A model generated the notes under the pieces. That model saw only the letters and a list, made by a program, of their open reading frames with translations. It made no database searches and had not been told where the DNA came from. A program made the position numbers and the translations under genes. From Oligoflexales bacterium (GTDB taxonomy: Bacteria; Bdellovibrionota_B; Oligoflexia; Oligoflexales; Bog-1112), in assembly GCA_045106415.1 (NCBI GenBank), contig JBGCEP010000018.1:55848-119847 (forward strand): 64,000 nt of DNA, written 5' to 3'. Of the stretch, positions 19,540-30,914 are shown piece by piece (the first letter of the stretch is position 1; each line of letters starts with the position of its first letter).

Positions 19540-20184
19540 ATGCACATGACATTCTCAGCTCAGCAAATCCGAAGATCCATCATCGCCCTTAGCCTTGCTG
19601 TTCTCAGCAGCTTAGTGGTTGATCAAGCAACAAAGATAAAAGCAGAAAACAACCTCATGGTTTGGAGCCATGACACAGACTTAAGACAGTACCAAGGAAA
19701 GCGCTATCCTTTAGGCTCACTGGGAAATCCTGAGTCGTCCTACATTGGGCTCAATATGAACTATGTACGTAATCAAGGGGCAGCTTGGGGCATGCTCTCC
19801 TCGGTTGAGGATTCGATTCGAATTCCTTTTTTTTACATCGTCACACTCATTGCTATTTTCTTTATTTCGAATTATCTACGTCAGACTCCTCCACATCATA
19901 GAATTGCCAGATACGGACTATCTATGATCCTGTCTGGCGCATTAGGAAATTGCCTTGATCGAATAAGACTCGGCTATGTCATTGATTTCATAGATGTGAG
20001 ATGGAGGTTTGATCTTTTTAGCTCATCCTGGGCGTATAACTTCCCGAATTTCAATATAGCGGACTCTTGCATCACTTTGGGGGTCGGCTGCATGTTAGTA
20101 GATATGCTACTGCTCGAACCAAAACGTGAATCGGAGCAAGGAGTCGTCAATGCCACAAAGGTTTCTTCGAAACTCAACAGTTAA
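19540..20184 (+). CDS. lspA: lipoprotein signal peptidase II
   Basis: DQATK, NQGAAWG, GALGNCLDRI..GYVIDF, FNIADSCIT. Confidence 0.95.
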   Translation: MHMTFSAQQIRRSIIALSLAVLSSLVVDQATKIKAENNLMVWSHDTDLRQYQGKRYPLGSLGNPESSYIGLNMNYVRNQGAAWGMLSSVEDSIRIPFFYIVTLIAIFFISNYLRQTPPHHRIARYGLSMILSGALGNCLDRIRLGYVIDFIDVRWRFDLFSSSWAYNFPNFNIADSCITLGVGCMLVDMLLLEPKRESEQGVVNATKVSSKLNS

Positions 20185-22609
20185 AGTTGCGGAACTTATA
20201 CAAAAAGCTATTACTGAGCTTGCTAATATGCGCCGCAGCGTTGTGACCCCTGAGCTTATCCTCCTCGCTCTTATTGAGCAGGAGGACTCAATACTTCTAA
20301 AAGTTATCGATGAAACCGGTCAAGATGTTGAAAAAACCCGTCGCATGATCGTTGATCGCATTCTAGAGCACAGCACCACTCTTCCTAAACTCAACTCAGA
20401 TGGCCAGTCTGCTTCCATTCGAGTTTCTGGTGATGTTCAAACCCTCTTTGAGGCCGCTGACGCTGAACGCAAAAAACTTGGTGACACCTACACTTCCACC
20501 TCTGCAGTCTTATTGGCTTTTTACGACCCCAGACTTGCATCTGTTAAAAAAATGCTTATAGATATCGGCCTCGACAGAGATCTTACTCAAAAATCCTTGG
20601 AAATTATCCGCGGTAATACACGCGTTACACAAAAAGACGGTGAGTCAAGAGCTTCTATCTTAGACAAATACACAACTGATTTAACAGCTCTTGCTCGTAG
20701 AGGAACTCTGGATCCCGTCATAGGTCGAGATGTAGAGATCAGACGAGTTATAGAAATTCTTTCTCGAAGAAAAAAGAATAACCCTATTCTTATCGGAGAG
20801 CCTGGCGTTGGAAAAACCGTCATAGCAGAAGGCCTAGCCATTCAAATCGTAAGCGCGGATGTTCCTGAGTATCTTTTAAAGACTCGTATTCTATCCCTTG
20901 AAATAGGCGCTTTGATTGCTGGGGCAAAGATTCAAGGAGAATTTGAAGAAAGATTAAAATCCATCCAAGATGAAGTTGTCGCCTCCGCGGGTGATATTAT
21001 CTTATTTATAGACGAAATTCACACTGTTGTTGGCGCAGGGCGTGGTGGTGGAGCCCTCGATGCTTCAAATATGCTAAAACCCGCACTCGCTCGAGGCTTA
21101 CTTCAGTGCATGGGCGCAACCACTCGCAGGGAATATAAACAATATATTGAAAGCGACAAAGCTCTGGAAAGACGTTTCCAACCAGTCATAGTTGGAGAGC
21201 CTTCACCAGAGCAGGCAATTCAGATTCTCCATGGTGTAAAAACAAAATACGAAAACCATCACCAAATTGAATATTCCGAAGAAGCTGTATCAGCCACTGT
21301 CAGACTTGCAGATCGTTATATTCAACAACGCTGCCTTCCTGACAAGGCTATCGACCTTCTCGACGAGGCTGGCGCAGCAAAACGCATTCAAGTGATTTAC
21401 ACCCCCCCTGAAATGCGTGATAAAGAAACAGAGCGAGCAGATATTGAGCATAAAAAAATCCAAGCGTTTAACGATCGAGATTTTGAAACCATGGCTCTTC
21501 ATCAAATGCAGCTTACAAAATTAGAAGAAGAGCTAGGCACAATCCGAAAAGGCATGGGAGGAGAAGATCATGAAAGGCTCGTTTCAGAAGAAGACATCGC
21601 TGCAATCGTAAGCCAACAAACTGGCATCCCACTCAAAAGAATGATTGCCGCAGAGTCAGAAAAACTTCTTAAAATGGAAGATGTTATCGGTCAGCGAGTC
21701 ATCGGTCAGCACGAAGCCGTACAAGCGGTGTCGCAAGCGATTCGTAGAAACCGCTCTGGAATTCGCAGGGGCAACTCACCCATTGCTTCCTTTTTATTCT
21801 TAGGGCCCACAGGCGTTGGGAAGACAGAGCTTGCTAAAGCTCTTGCGGAACAAATACTCGACGATGAAACACGTATTATTCGTCTCGACATGTCTGAATA
21901 CATGGAAAAACACAATGTCTCTCGACTTATTGGTTCTCCCCCTGGATATGTCGGATACGGAGAAGGGGGTCAACTCACAGAGCAAGTTAAACACAACCCT
22001 TACTCCGTCATCTTACTCGATGAGTTTGAAAAAGCTCATCCAGATGTCTACAATATCCTACTACCTGTATTAGATGAAGGGTTTCTCACTGACGCTGAAG
22101 GTCAAAAAATAAACTTCCAAAATTGCATTATTATCGGCACATCAAACCTCGGTTCCCATCTCATGTTTGATCGCAAAAAACCTGTTGGAATTGGCGCTCA
22201 AGACACAGATCATTCCCACACACAAAATGAACAAATCCTTGAGGAAGTTCAAAAATTTCTAAGGCCAGAATTTATTAATCGTTTAGATGATGTCATTATC
22301 TTTCACCCATTACTAGAAAACCAACTTGAGCAAATTTTAGAATATCAAATCAAAGATCTTGAAAAAAGACTCAAAGATCTGCATCTCACACTCCACATAA
22401 CAGAGAGCGCCAAAAAACTTATTCTTGAAGGGTCAAACACACAAAACTACGGCGCACGTCCACTTAAACGTCGATTAGAACAGCTCGTTGATAATAAGAT
22501 TGCTTCTTTATTAATTGAGTATCAAGGAAAAAAAGGGAAAAACGTAAGCGTAGACGCGAAAGAAGGAGACATTACTGTAAGTATGTTGGAAGGCCCTCCA
22601 TCTGAATAA
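20150..22609 (+). CDS. ClpC-like Hsp100 AAA+ ATPase
   Basis: Two Clp-N repeats, [14 protein letters not shown], short middle domain, [29 protein letters not shown] at the ClpP-loop position; ATG 20150 with AAGGAG RBS overlapping the lspA end. Confidence 0.9.
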   Translation: MPQRFLRNSTVKVAELIQKAITELANMRRSVVTPELILLALIEQEDSILLKVIDETGQDVEKTRRMIVDRILEHSTTLPKLNSDGQSASIRVSGDVQTLFEAADAERKKLGDTYTSTSAVLLAFYDPRLASVKKMLIDIGLDRDLTQKSLEIIRGNTRVTQKDGESRASILDKYTTDLTALARRGTLDPVIGRDVEIRRVIEILSRRKKNNPILIGEPGVGKTVIAEGLAIQIVSADVPEYLLKTRILSLEIGALIAGAKIQGEFEERLKSIQDEVVASAGDIILFIDEIHTVVGAGRGGGALDASNMLKPALARGLLQCMGATTRREYKQYIESDKALERRFQPVIVGEPSPEQAIQILHGVKTKYENHHQIEYSEEAVSATVRLADRYIQQRCLPDKAIDLLDEAGAAKRIQVIYTPPEMRDKETERADIEHKKIQAFNDRDFETMALHQMQLTKLEEELGTIRKGMGGEDHERLVSEEDIAAIVSQQTGIPLKRMIAAESEKLLKMEDVIGQRVIGQHEAVQAVSQAIRRNRSGIRRGNSPIASFLFLGPTGVGKTELAKALAEQILDDETRIIRLDMSEYMEKHNVSRLIGSPPGYVGYGEGGQLTEQVKHNPYSVILLDEFEKAHPDVYNILLPVLDEGFLTDAEGQKINFQNCIIIGTSNLGSHLMFDRKKPVGIGAQDTDHSHTQNEQILEEVQKFLRPEFINRLDDVIIFHPLLENQLEQILEYQIKDLEKRLKDLHLTLHITESAKKLILEGSNTQNYGARPLKRRLEQLVDNKIASLLIEYQGKKGKNVSVDAKEGDITVSMLEGPPSE

Positions 22610-22611
22610 TT

Positions 22612-23277
22612 TTAAGCACTCTGCTTTAACAGCTTTTCATCCATCACTTTGACAAGCATCTCTAAATCTTCAACTTGTCGTTTGAGATGATCTATTTCTT
22701 TATCTTTTAATTGAATTTCAATTTTTAATCTGTTTTCTTTTTCTTTAACATTTTTTTCATGTGTATCATGCAAAGACTGCAAACTCTTTTTATAATTTTC
22801 AAGTTCTTTTAAAGCTTCTTTCATACCTTCTAAAGTACCATCACAAAATTTTAAAAGATGATCACCAGAAAGATTCACTGAACGCGATTGATAGTCAGAA
22901 TGAAGTTTTTCAGGTAAGTGTGACGATGATCGGTCTGGACCTATATGATGCACTTGCACTCTTGGGGGTGTCGGCTCTTCAATTCTACTATATTCAGAAG
23001 AAGAGAGCCTTTTTTCATTGGTGTTTAGAGTATTTTGTGGCACACGCTGTGACGGATTTAGAGGGTGAGAAAGATGAGGTTCAGGCGTTCTCACGTCCAT
23101 ATCCCAGGATGTTTGATTTTGAGTTCTCCAAGGAGTTTCTGCATGAACAGGAATATAATACTTTCCTTCGCGTAGAACAGCCTGTAGCTTTCCGGTTTTA
23201 ATACGCCTACGCACAGTCATATCAGATACATTATATGTTCTTGCGTACTCCACAATGGATAACCATTGATCTGACAT
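22612..23277 (-). CDS. HTH (excisionase/MerR-like) protein with C-terminal coiled coil
   Basis: WLSIVEYARTYNVSDMTVRRRIKTGKL; heptad-rich C-terminus. Confidence 0.75.
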   Translation of the reverse strand: MSDQWLSIVEYARTYNVSDMTVRRRIKTGKLQAVLREGKYYIPVHAETPWRTQNQTSWDMDVRTPEPHLSHPLNPSQRVPQNTLNTNEKRLSSSEYSRIEEPTPPRVQVHHIGPDRSSSHLPEKLHSDYQSRSVNLSGDHLLKFCDGTLEGMKEALKELENYKKSLQSLHDTHEKNVKEKENRLKIEIQLKDKEIDHLKRQVEDLEMLVKVMDEKLLKQSA

Positions 23278-23381
23278 AAACCCTCCCTAACAAAATATTC
23301 GTTGAGTCTAGCACGCATATTTAAAAGATTGCCTCTCTGTCAAAACAGTGACACAACACCCATAATTTATAAAAAATAAAA

Positions 23382-23417
23382 GCCTTCATTTTTCGTCATT
23401 TCTCGAAAAATGAAGGC
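23382..23417 (-). terminator. rho-independent terminator after queA
   Basis: 14-bp stem GCCTTCATTTTTCG/CGAAAAATGAAGGC followed by a T-rich tract on the minus strand. Confidence 0.75.
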
Positions 23418-23478
23418 ATGAATTGCATAGGTAGCTATCTCTGCCTATGGAAAATTTGCTCTACATGTCAAAATTTCA

Positions 23479-24576
23479 TCACTTTTGTAAATCAACAGAT
23501 CTCTTCCACAGAAGGGAGCTATCTCCATAACTAAAAAGTCGACACCCTGAATTCAAGCAATCTTGATAAAAGCCTTTCATAGCCTCTAGCCCCCAAATAG
23601 CACTCACCAGCATAAACAAAGTCGATTGAGGTTGATGAAAATTTGTCATTAAAGCATCAAGACACCACGGCTGATAAAGCTCACCATCACTAGAAGGGTA
23701 TAAAAAAAGATTTGTCGACCACCACTGGTCTGCAAAATACTCACGTGATTTCCCTGAGTCTCTTGATTTCTTATCGAGAGATTCTAAAGCTCTTAAAGAT
23801 GTTGTTCCCACAACAATGACAGGATTTTGTGCTTCTTGAGCTTTTTTTATTTTCTCAAGAGTCTCACTTGGCACACAGTACATTTCTTCATGCATCACAT
23901 GCTCATCGAGATAATCTGCACGCACAGGCATAAAAGTTCCTGCTCCAACATGCAACGTTACTGTTGCCATCTCAATATTCTGCTGACGCAGCTCTATCAA
24001 AAGATTTTCAGAAAAATGTAAACCAGCTGTCGGCGCTGCAACAGACCCTTCATGCTGAGCGTTAGCATAGACCGTTTGATAACGCTTTTGGTCTTCAAGA
24101 GTATCTTGACGACGAATATATGGCGGAAGAGGAATATGCCCGACTTGCTTCACCCATTCAGCAGGATCCTCACACCCTTCAAAACGAATCGTCACAACTC
24201 CATCTTTTGCAACCACAACCCCTGCCACATTCTCATCAAAGTCAATACGATCACCGACCTTAAGCTTCTTTCCTGGCCTCGCAAAAGTTCTTACCTCTTG
24301 CCCCGCTTCTGGACGATGTAGCAAGAACACTTCAATCTTACGACCATTTGTAAGCTTTCCCTCAAGGCGAGCAGGTAACACTTGGGAATCATTAAATATT
24401 AACAGTGCTCCTTCTGGGAGGATCTTCGGCAAATCTTTGATTTTATAAGAAGAAGACTCTTTGCCTAGTTCTTTGACAAACAAAGTTGCTTCTTCTCTTT
24501 TTTCTAAAGGTGCCTGAGCCACTGCTTCTTCGGGAACTGTATAATCAAACTGATCTGTACGCCAAGGTGTTGTCAT
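23479..24576 (-). CDS. queA: S-adenosylmethionine:tRNA ribosyltransferase-isomerase
   Basis: FDY, GHIPLPPYI, YQTVYA, GSVAAPTAGLHF, TLHVGAGTF, TNFHQP.ST, FSYGD. Confidence 0.97.
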   Translation of the reverse strand: MTTPWRTDQFDYTVPEEAVAQAPLEKREEATLFVKELGKESSSYKIKDLPKILPEGALLIFNDSQVLPARLEGKLTNGRKIEVFLLHRPEAGQEVRTFARPGKKLKVGDRIDFDENVAGVVVAKDGVVTIRFEGCEDPAEWVKQVGHIPLPPYIRRQDTLEDQKRYQTVYANAQHEGSVAAPTAGLHFSENLLIELRQQNIEMATVTLHVGAGTFMPVRADYLDEHVMHEEMYCVPSETLEKIKKAQEAQNPVIVVGTTSLRALESLDKKSRDSGKSREYFADQWWSTNLFLYPSSDGELYQPWCLDALMTNFHQPQSTLFMLVSAIWGLEAMKGFYQDCLNSGCRLFSYGDSSLLWKRSVDLQK

Positions 24577-24703
24577 TGTCCTGACTCCATATGAAAGAGC
24601 TGCCTATAAGATCACAGCACTCGTCTATATAAGATATGAAGAAAAGCAGCAATATGAAGAAGTAAAAATGTAAAAGAACCAGCATAATAGAAGAAAAGAT
24701 TTT

Positions 24704-25912
24704 ATGAAAAAGAGACATAGCATGAAAATATTTTGTACCCTTATCATCATCTTGGCATATATCAGCAAACCGAGTTCTGCATGCCCTCTTCAGATATCAG
24801 CAAAGGAGCTTCCCTCAGACATACTACAAACACGAACAAAGCATCTTCATGCATACCGCTACCACAAAGGGAAATGGCATAAAATTCCTCTGCAAGTCCA
24901 TCTAAAAGATCAATCCAACCGCCTTTTATTTGATATTAAGAACCCCCAGCTCACCCCCCCAGATACAATTGTCATCCCAAATCATCACATCTATGGTCAA
25001 ACAACTTACAAAAACCCGCCTTGTAAAGGGTCTGGGGTCCAAATTCATTCAGTCGACCAAGGAACAACTTACATTATAAGGTGCCAGACTTCAGACAAAC
25101 TCTCTGACTTTGGAGCCGTAAGCTACAATACCGAACGATCTTTTATCCAGACCCCGCACTACACATACCAGTTTGATCCTTTAAATCAGATGCTTTTTCA
25201 AGACATAGCTATCGGTGGCGAATCTATTGTTAAAAATGCAGATCTCATGATCCGCGCTGATTTCAAAAAATTCTTTACATTTCATTTCCGCAGAGAACAC
25301 ATACAATCCAATATACATCAGCAACAATCTTGGTTTTCTGGGCTTGCTACACAAATTAATTTCTTTTTAAAAATACTCTTTTTTAAAATTGAACTCGCTC
25401 TTTCAAGTGATCTTTTTTTCTATCCAGACTCAGGTCATATCCCCATGGTTCTCATGTTACCCGCACATGCAAAGAACTATGTTCATCCAGGAAGTGGGCT
25501 TTTATATTCATGGGAAAACGCTCACCAAGATCTCAATTGGTCTTACAGTATGCCAAAAATTCAAGAACAACTCTTTCCTAAAAAAGAGCAAATCCAACAG
25601 GTTGTCAAAGAATCTTGTAAAAACAATCTTTGTATTTTTTCACTCACAGGTTCTTTTAAAAATAAGCAGTTTGTCATGCATTTCCATCTCCCAAAGTATC
25701 TGGTTGAGGGAGGTTTTTACCCTACCTTTGTACCAAATTTACAAAATTGGGGGCAACATTTTCCTGACTATAAAGAAACACCTCGAACAGGTGTATATTT
25801 TGAAGCTTCACAAATATTAAAAGGAAGGCATACTTGGAACTTTTGGATTCAGCTCAATAAACAGGCACTATGCCCCGATAAACCTACTTCCATTATTAAG
25901 TTTTCGACTTAA
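24704..25912 (+). CDS. exported hypothetical protein
   Basis: 402-aa ORF with signal-peptide-like N-terminus; AT-rich. Confidence 0.65.
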   Translation: MKKRHSMKIFCTLIIILAYISKPSSACPLQISAKELPSDILQTRTKHLHAYRYHKGKWHKIPLQVHLKDQSNRLLFDIKNPQLTPPDTIVIPNHHIYGQTTYKNPPCKGSGVQIHSVDQGTTYIIRCQTSDKLSDFGAVSYNTERSFIQTPHYTYQFDPLNQMLFQDIAIGGESIVKNADLMIRADFKKFFTFHFRREHIQSNIHQQQSWFSGLATQINFFLKILFFKIELALSSDLFFYPDSGHIPMVLMLPAHAKNYVHPGSGLLYSWENAHQDLNWSYSMPKIQEQLFPKKEQIQQVVKESCKNNLCIFSLTGSFKNKQFVMHFHLPKYLVEGGFYPTFVPNLQNWGQHFPDYKETPRTGVYFEASQILKGRHTWNFWIQLNKQALCPDKPTSIIKFST

Positions 25913-26062
25913 AAAATAAATTTACACAAAGACCCTTGAAAAGATTCACTTTTAATCTTCAATCTCTTGTTGCATCGTATATATCAGCAGCCAGAAAAAC
26001 ATACGGAGTATTTTTAATCGTAAATTTTAATGTGTTGTGATCCCAAAAAATTGGAGATCAAT

Positions 26063-27040
26063 ATGCCTAAATTATATTCATCAGATCTTAAAGAAAATAT
26101 TATCACCACTCTAGAAAAAAGCTACAGCTCTGTTGCTGTCAGCGACATATATATCTCATAAGATAATTAACAACTAACAACTAACAACTAACAACTCAAT
26201 TTGAGGACAACAGGATCTATGAATCCTAATAAAAATGGGGCCAAAAGAATATCGAAAAAAACACAAGATCTTGATGCTTTTAAAAATTTGTAGAAAAAAA
26301 ACCAGATCAAAGTTCAGAAAAAAAAGCCAGAGTCTGGGGTGACATCACTTTCTTCTACCATATGGTAGTGTTTACGCAGTAAAAATTTCACATATAAAAA
26401 ACATTTGGATACAAAAATTACTGTGAAATAAAACGAGATGTTCTTTATAACAAAATCAATGACAAATCTGAGGATAAATTATTTACCCTGATAAATGTAG
26501 CGTTAAACATCATGAAACATGCCAATATAGTTGAATGCATAAAAGCTGAATAGAAAGACAGATTTTTACTGACACACTCATAGGCACCAAATATTACTTC
26601 AAAGTGAGGATTGATCAGCTTTTTGAAATTCTTAATACGTAAATAAAACCACCATAATGATATATGGCATAAAAAAGGTTCACAGTCTCATGGCTATGAA
26701 TATCGCTGGGTCCTTAAATTCAAAATGAAAATTTACCTTTCATTTTTTAAGAAACCTATGACGACGATGTCTTCAACGCTTATATTAACTTTGTTTTAAG
26801 CCTTTATTTAAATGGAAATGTTATCATAACACTGGATAATGCATCATTTCATCGCACATCAAATATTATCAAAATAGCAAAACAAAAAGGATTTAAAGTT
26901 GTTCATCTTCATTCATATAGCCCAGACTATCATCCGATAGAACATGAAAAACATAGTATTAAAAAAAAATCAGAAAAATTTTAAGAGAAGGATACAATTC
27001 AATTGTTGAAGAGGCGTATAGAGCTCTACAAAATTTGTGA
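26063..27040 (+). mobile_element. decayed IS630-family transposase (pseudogene)
   Basis: Start MPKLYSSDLKENII; remnants VIITLDNASFH (~26820-26852) and YSPDYHPIE (~26916-26942); many stops and frameshifts; very AT-rich; ends approximate. Confidence 0.8.
26168..26195. repeat. 7-bp tandem repeat (TAACAAC)x4 inside IS remnant
   Basis: Counted directly. Confidence 0.9.
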
Positions 27041-27196
27041 AAAAAGTCGTCGATACTATTCGCTGATCCAGCCTTGCTAACAACAAAAATAATTAGATTT
27101 TTAGTGTGCTACCGCCAGCTCAGATCTTACATCTATTTTCTTTACACAAATAAACAACCTATCTACAAACGGTGCAATAACTATGAAATAAAAACC

Positions 27197-28333
27197 TCAT
27201 TGAGAAGAATGATCGCTTGGCACAAGCTCAAAGACTGGTTTTTGATCCAGAGTTTTCATCCATTGATGAAGATAAGAACCCTTGGCCTCTAAATTTCGGT
27301 TCAATCGATCTTCTTTTTTACGACTTTTAAAAGGAAATTGAATAGATTGCATTAAGCCTGGAGAAAATTTCTTCCAATATTTTTCAACAAATCGAGGGTC
27401 AGTACTTTCCAGTTCCAAAGTCACTGTTGGAAGGCCTCGTTCATGACCCGCATAATTCCCCAAAGAACCAGGATAAATAGAATAATCCACCACTCTATAA
27501 TTACGTGATTCTTTAGCAATCACATGTACAAGCTCTAAAGCACGCTTTTCCCCTGTTCTCATAGAACGAGAACGACGATCACCTGGACCGTCATAGTCTA
27601 AAAACCCTAATGGCGCATGAATATTGATCAGCTTATCTGGGTGATACTCTTCAATCAAATGAACTTGAAAAAGTGTCTCAATTTCTGTGTTAGGGAAAAA
27701 TCCTGGGAAATACCGAGCCCGTTTTTGCCATTTCTTACCTAGCCATGCTTGATGCGCACGATCATACCAATCCAGAGTTAAAAAATTTCGGTTCACATCG
27801 ACAAAACCATTTGTACGCGTCAGTTTAGACCGTAAAAACCCATCAGGACTCACCAATGGAGCAACAACGACTCGAACTTTCTTGTTTTCTAAAAAATCTT
27901 TTTGCGTAGCAAGATGTTGTCCCATTTGAAAAGCCATATGCATTGGTGTTAGCTCATCTGGATGTACCCCTCCTAAAAAAAGAGTCACATCTTCTCCCTC
28001 ACCAAAAACAGCATACAGCAAGGGATGGCCATCACTAGAAATAAAATCAGCACGCCACTCCACCCCTAAACAAGGGTTTTCTTTCCAACCAAAATCTTTA
28101 TATCTCAAAGACAGCTTCTGACAGAACACTTCTATTTTTTGCTGTTCTTGATCTTTAGGCAGCACATATGTTTGAAAATTATGCACTCCCACATGAGAAA
28201 TAGGAGCAAAACCATCGCTCATTAATGAAGGGTCTTCAAACACTTCAGCCAATATGACCGCTGGCTGAAATAGATAAAGGCATACCCACACACCCACAAG
28301 ATTTCTTAAAAAATCATTTACAAAATTCTGCAT
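27197..28333 (-). CDS. M14 zinc carboxypeptidase, MpaA-like murein peptide amidase
   Basis: GGVHPDE (HxxE), VDVNRNF, NIHAP, YPGSLGNY, TLELE; N-terminal signal or anchor. Confidence 0.85.
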   Translation of the reverse strand: MQNFVNDFLRNLVGVWVCLYLFQPAVILAEVFEDPSLMSDGFAPISHVGVHNFQTYVLPKDQEQQKIEVFCQKLSLRYKDFGWKENPCLGVEWRADFISSDGHPLLYAVFGEGEDVTLFLGGVHPDELTPMHMAFQMGQHLATQKDFLENKKVRVVVAPLVSPDGFLRSKLTRTNGFVDVNRNFLTLDWYDRAHQAWLGKKWQKRARYFPGFFPNTEIETLFQVHLIEEYHPDKLINIHAPLGFLDYDGPGDRRSRSMRTGEKRALELVHVIAKESRNYRVVDYSIYPGSLGNYAGHERGLPTVTLELESTDPRFVEKYWKKFSPGLMQSIQFPFKSRKKEDRLNRNLEAKGSYLHQWMKTLDQKPVFELVPSDHSSQ

Positions 28334-28594
28334 CAGACATTCAAACCATAGAAATATTCAAAAAACAGCTAGCTCATCATCGGCTAACTCCGCAACATAG
28401 TATATCGAGACTTGATCTCTATCGGCAAAGTTTCTTTTGTACGTCACTTTATCCCCTGTGTAAGACATCATATCGAAGATCGTGAGCATTTGCTGCAACT
28501 TTGAAGAATTTTTCTCGCACCAAACCTCAACACGCTGTACAATACCGAGGAATCGGGGCCGTTACAGGCTCTCACTCATCATTATGAGCAGGTC

Positions 28595-29398
28595 ATGTCT
28601 TCTAGTTGCTTCATCAAATTAGAACAGTTCGAAGGTCCCATGGACCTTCTCCTTCATCTTATCCGGGTAAATCAGCTCAATATCTTCGATATTGATTTGT
28701 TAAAGCTTACAACACAATATCTCGATTATTTACGTCTCCTCAAGTTTCGTGACCTTACAGACGCCGCAGCTTTTATTGATATGGCATCTACGCTGGTCAT
28801 GATGAAAACTCGAGAACTCTTACCTAACGCAGATGAAAAAAATGGGGAAGAAGGGGAAAATGAAGATGACACACTCAGCAGCCTCCAAAAAAGACTCCAA
28901 GACTACGAAATGTTTAGAAGGGCTGGAGATTGGTTAGCAAGTGAGGGCAACCCCTATGGGGAAAGACGTTTTTGCAACCATGAAGGAGAACGTCTTTTTG
29001 CAATGTATATCGATTCGGAAAGTCCTCTTATCGGTAAACCAGCCGTTCTTGTTGTTCTCTACGAGCAAATGTTAGCATCCTTACCCGAGCGCAAAAGTGC
29101 TACAGTTTCAGCCGTAACTGAAAATATCACCGTTGAAACCATGGGCTCTCAGCTCAAACAGCAGCTCATCGAAGCAAGCTTTGTTCTCTTACAAAATCTC
29201 TATGGCAATCTCAAAAATCGCTATGAATTCATCGCTCTTATTCTTAGTTTTTTACAACTCGTACGCGATCAAGAGCTCAATATCCATCAAGAAGAAATGA
29301 TGGGGCCTCTTTGGATTTATGGGCTCGAGACACCTATTCATACAATTCCAGGCTTAGAACCCTCTCATTCTCTACCACAAGAGGAAACAGCGTCATGA
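28595..29398 (+). CDS. scpA: segregation/condensation protein A
   Basis: LEQFEGPMDLLLHLI, ITTQY-like LTTQY segment, MKTRELLP. Confidence 0.92.
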   Translation: MSSSCFIKLEQFEGPMDLLLHLIRVNQLNIFDIDLLKLTTQYLDYLRLLKFRDLTDAAAFIDMASTLVMMKTRELLPNADEKNGEEGENEDDTLSSLQKRLQDYEMFRRAGDWLASEGNPYGERRFCNHEGERLFAMYIDSESPLIGKPAVLVVLYEQMLASLPERKSATVSAVTENITVETMGSQLKQQLIEASFVLLQNLYGNLKNRYEFIALILSFLQLVRDQELNIHQEEMMGPLWIYGLETPIHTIPGLEPSHSLPQEETAS

Positions 29399-30066
29399 CA
29401 CTTGAAGCCACACTCCCTTTTGCAGAACTTGAATGCACTGAGCTAGAAAAACAAATTGAAGCATTAATTTTTGCATCTCCAACTCCTATTAAACCTTCTC
29501 AAATAGAAAGTATCTTAGGCGAAGACTCTGTAACAACAAAAAGCATTCAAGAGGTCATTGATCGGCTTCACGCTTTCTATCAAAACAGGAATGGTGGATT
29601 CCGTTTAGAAGATCTCGACCAAGATGGTTATCAATTTCAAACTCACCCGGAAACAGCTGAACTCATGGAACAGATGTTTTCAAAAAGGCCACGACCTTTA
29701 TCACGTGCAGCTCAAGAAACTCTTGCTATTATCGCATATCGCCAACCTGTCACCCGTGCAGATATTGAGTTCATCCGCGGTGTTGACGCAGGTAGTATTT
29801 TAAAAAACTTACTTGAAAGAGATCTGGTCGAATGCGTCGGCCGTAAAGAAGACACCGGTCGCCCGATGCTTTTTGGAACAACAAGAGAGTTCCTAAAGGT
29901 CTATGGTCTTGGCCACATCGATGAACTCCCTCCTCTTTCCGCATTTCAACCAGAAGCCAAAGCCATGATGCAAGCATCAGAAGCTCTCGATAACAAAGAT
30001 CAAAAAACAGACGCCGAAGACTTCGTACAAGATCGCGGCAGCAATGAACAAAGGCCAGAAATATGA
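29395..30066 (+). CDS. scpB: segregation/condensation protein B
   Basis: IEALIFAS, LSRAAQETLAIIAYRQPVTRADIEFIRGV, GRPMLFGTT; ATGA overlap with scpA. Confidence 0.95.
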   Translation: MTLEATLPFAELECTELEKQIEALIFASPTPIKPSQIESILGEDSVTTKSIQEVIDRLHAFYQNRNGGFRLEDLDQDGYQFQTHPETAELMEQMFSKRPRPLSRAAQETLAIIAYRQPVTRADIEFIRGVDAGSILKNLLERDLVECVGRKEDTGRPMLFGTTREFLKVYGLGHIDELPPLSAFQPEAKAMMQASEALDNKDQKTDAEDFVQDRGSNEQRPEI

Positions 30067-30851
30067 CAACACCTCAAAATCCTGTTCTCCAAAAATGGAT
30101 GGCAGAACGCACAGACTTATCAAGACGAGCAGCAGAACAAGCCATTCAAGAAGGGCGCGTCAAACTTAACCAAACAACTGCTAAGCTTGGAGACCGCGTT
30201 AGTGAAGACGACGCAGTATGGCTTGACGGCGATATGATTCGCCAAGAAAGCCCATCCATGGTGTATTGGGTATTAAATAAACCAGACCAGCTTCTTTCTA
30301 CATTTGCAAAAGAAGAAGAGCGCCCCACACTTGCGACACTACCAGCGATCGCAAAACTTCCATTCCGAGTTTGGTCTGTCGGCCGTCTCGACTACCGTAC
30401 AGAAGGACTGTTGATTTTAACAAACGACGGTCAACTCGCACACAATCTCAGCCACCCTTCTTTTCACATCCCAAGACACTACCAAGTGCTGGTCAATAAA
30501 AAGCTAACTCCTGAGGACTTGAAAAAGATTCGCCACGGATTTGAGCTCGACGCAGGCAAACCACCCGTCAAATGCAAAATCGATTTCCTAGGTGGTCAAA
30601 ACATGGGAGCAACAACCGGAAAATGGTACCGCGTCACTGTACATGAAGGCCGTAATCGCCTCGTACGTCGTGTCATTGAAAGTTGTGACCGAAAAGTTAT
30701 TCGACTCATACGTGATGCGTTCGGTGAAATTAATCTACCCACAGACTTAGCACCTGGAAAAATAAGAGCGATGACTCCTGAGCAAATTCGCAAACTCAAA
30801 CACCCACAGCAAGAAGCAAAAACAAAAAAAAGGCCAACTAAAAAAAGCTAG
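30063..30851 (+). CDS. rluB: 23S rRNA pseudouridine synthase (RluB/RsuA family)
   Basis: S4 domain SRRAAE, VGRLDYRTEGLLILTNDG, EGRNRLVRR; scpAB-rluB synteny. Confidence 0.88.
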   Translation: MTTPQNPVLQKWMAERTDLSRRAAEQAIQEGRVKLNQTTAKLGDRVSEDDAVWLDGDMIRQESPSMVYWVLNKPDQLLSTFAKEEERPTLATLPAIAKLPFRVWSVGRLDYRTEGLLILTNDGQLAHNLSHPSFHIPRHYQVLVNKKLTPEDLKKIRHGFELDAGKPPVKCKIDFLGGQNMGATTGKWYRVTVHEGRNRLVRRVIESCDRKVIRLIRDAFGEINLPTDLAPGKIRAMTPEQIRKLKHPQQEAKTKKRPTKKS

Positions 30852-30914
30852 ATATGCACTTTAGAGTCAATTCAAGTATATTGAAACTTGAATTAAATGG
30901 CTCATAGGTGTTGC

